64,000 nt of DNA from positions 1,242,001-1,306,000 of the forward strand of contig NC_087446.1 of the NCBI RefSeq assembly GCF_036321535.1, in the 5' to 3' direction. The position numbers were made by a program, and so were the translations under genes. The DNA is from Camelus dromedarius (Eukaryota). The notes below the pieces were generated by a model. That model searched no databases. It saw only the letters and a list, made by a program, of their open reading frames with translations, and had not been told where the DNA came from. Of the stretch, positions 61,857 through 64,000 are shown piece by piece (the stretch's first letter is position 1; every line of letters begins with the position of its first letter).

Positions 61857-62254
61857 TCCCTTGGGGCCTCTGGCACCAGGACGGGGTCTCAGAGCGGGGT
61901 TTGGTCCGCCTGGCACTTGGAAGGGTGCTTGCGCTTAGCTGTTCCTCAGGAGCGTCTTCAGGACGGTGGAGGAATGACAGACAAACGAGTGAGCGGGTCT
62001 AATCTCCCCTTCCTCCCGGCCCTTTTAGGTCCACAGACCCCCTGTGAGTCTCTCAGACTTTGTAGAACCCCCACCCCCATTTTCTCCCATGCTCCCAGCC
62101 CAGGAAAGCTCACTGGGGATCCCCAGAGTCACTGGGGGCGCTGGGTCCATGCCTGTCTCTCTGCAGCCCCTCACCCAGCTGCCGCCCTGCGTGACGTTAA
62201 GACCCAAAACCCCGACATCCGACAGCAGCCAGCAACCGGCCAGGGCTCTTGAGG

Positions 62255-62500
62255 GAAAGGACAAGTCAATGAAAAGTGTTAAAATGAAATTTCAAGTTGC
62301 TTAAAATCCAAGAATAGAATAGAATTTATTTTTTAAAGAAATGCCTCCCATGGCCAAGTTCAGCATGCAAGAGCTGAAGCCATAAAAATAATAAATAAAC
62401 AAACAAATCTGTCTTTTGATTTCTCTGCCCTGGAGGCGGTGCGCTGGGTCCCAGGACGCGGCTGTCTTCTGCTAATTAGCCTTGTCATGGCTGCCAAGAG
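62255..62500. promoter_or_regulatory. AT-rich island (candidate enhancer)
   Basis: AAATAAACAAACAAAT (FOX-like), CCATAAAA (posterior HOX/CDX-like), GCTAATTAGC. Confidence 0.4.
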
Positions 62501-62869
62501 CCTCCCGGCTGCAGCGACGTGGCCAGGTCTGCGCCCGCCTGGGTCCCGGAGAGGAAGTTCTGGAAGCCGATTCCCTCCACAGAGCAAATGTGGCTCGTGG
62601 CTCCCAGACGGTGCCATGGCCCAGAGCAAAGGCGGCTTCCAGCTCCTGACTCCCGCCTCCTCTCGTGGGGACATGTAGCTCTCGGAATCCAGCGTCTGCA
62701 AGAAGAGGGTCCAGATGGTTGTGTTCTGGGTGGGTTGGGTGCCAACCAAGCAAACGGTGGAGAAGCTGATGGCCCAGGTGGGTCCTGGAGAGAAATCACA
62801 AATGCCCGTGTAGCGCTCTGCCCACAGTGCCTTCTCTGGGCTGAAGTCCCTCTTAAAGGAGATGCAGTC

Positions 62870-62871
<2 letters not shown>

Positions 62872-62902
<31 letters not shown>

Positions 62903-62940
62903 GCACATGTGTGTGTGCATGCATGCACCTGTGTGTGCAT
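62872..62940. repeat. (TG)n microsatellite
   Basis: Perfect (GT)n run followed by TGCA variants. Confidence 0.9.
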
Positions 62941-64000
62941 GGACACCACTGAGAAATGCATCCTCATGGAATTCAGGTCAAGAAGCTGCCCCTTTATGTG
63001 GTCTGGAGGGTGGGCAGTTGGCGTGGTGAGAGGACAGGGCTTCAGTGAAGATGATTACAGTGGAAACCAGGGTGATGGAAGAGCAGAGTGTAGAAAAGTG
63101 TGACTCGTGGGGGGTCTAATAAGAGCCCCAAATTGTATGAAGACCTGGAGAGCTGTGGGCAGCCCCCACCACGGTCACGGCCCCCACAGACAGAGGCCAG
63201 CATCTCAGGAGGTGGGGTGAATATTTGTAATTCCAAGGGGGCCGCCAGGGGGTGACCCAGCGTCCTTGCACTGGACAAGCCTGCCGGGCAGCAGGGCCCA
63301 GGTCCCCGGGGGCAGGGCTGGCGGGGTCAGTTCCACCTCTGGCTGGGTGAGCACCATGAGGCCTTTGGGACAAAGCACTGGGCTCGGGGCCCAGGGCTGG
63401 AGGCCTGAGAGTGGTCCTGGATGGACACAGCTGCCCCCATCCCCTGACAGTGGGAGCGCATCCCCCAAAGCTCCAGTGACAGCTGTCACACCCTCGTTAC
63501 CCTCACAGCCACACCGTCAATCCCCATCCCCACGCAGGCTGTCTGCCAAGTGCCTGTGCGCTCACCGGACCCTCCAGACATCGGTCACTCCCTCCTGTGT
63601 CAGATCAGGAACTGGACAGTGAGTGACTTCTTCACGTCCCAGCGCTGCTCAGAGGCAGAGCCAGGACCAAACCCCAGGTCCCCTGCCCACCAGCCCGGCC
63701 CCGGGGAAAGCAGGGGCCCTGGGGCCAAAACGTAACCAGGACACGTCAAGCCTCCACAAAGCCTCATCTGAAATTCCACTAATAAATGTGAACAACAGCT
63801 TGTGAGACTGAAGAAATTAAATTCAAGATGAAGACATGCCTGTGCTAAGAAAATGCCCCAGGACGCCCTGCAGACCACCCAGCCCCCGCGGTCTCTGCGC
63901 CCGGAGCACGGGTCACAGCTGTCATCACTGTAGGGTCAGGGGGCAGAGATGGGGGACACTGAGAGGCCACACCCAGTCTTCCCAGGGCCGCTCAAGTGCT

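Overview
Mammalian genomic DNA, most likely camelid (alpaca/camel): there is a Vic-1-type tRNA-derived SINE at 57137 and several Cetartiodactyla/camelid-type L1 3' ends, and no Alu, Bov-tA/BovB, PRE1 or SINEC elements were recognised. The window is very GC- and CpG-rich, typical of a subtelomeric-type isochore. I found no recognisable host protein-coding exon in 64 kb; the ORF track is almost entirely random GC-rich or repeat-derived ORFs, so this is probably a gene desert or a very large intron. Contents: (i) many decayed transposons (L1M/L1ME, L1MA/MB, MLT1, MLT2, an ERVL integrase/dUTPase remnant, MER58A, MER68/77-type LTRs, L2, MIR); (ii) three solo LTRs of one ERV1-type family with 4-bp TSDs and variable CCAAT arrays plus an octamer motif; (iii) a four-level nested insertion containing an internally deleted L1 and a ~590-bp GAT/GGT expansion; (iv) a twin-primed 5'-inverted L1; (v) about a dozen AT-rich, TAAT-dense islands that look like conserved developmental enhancers. 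No prokaryotic-type system or novel coding system is supported. Repeat family names come from recalled consensus sequences, not from a database search.
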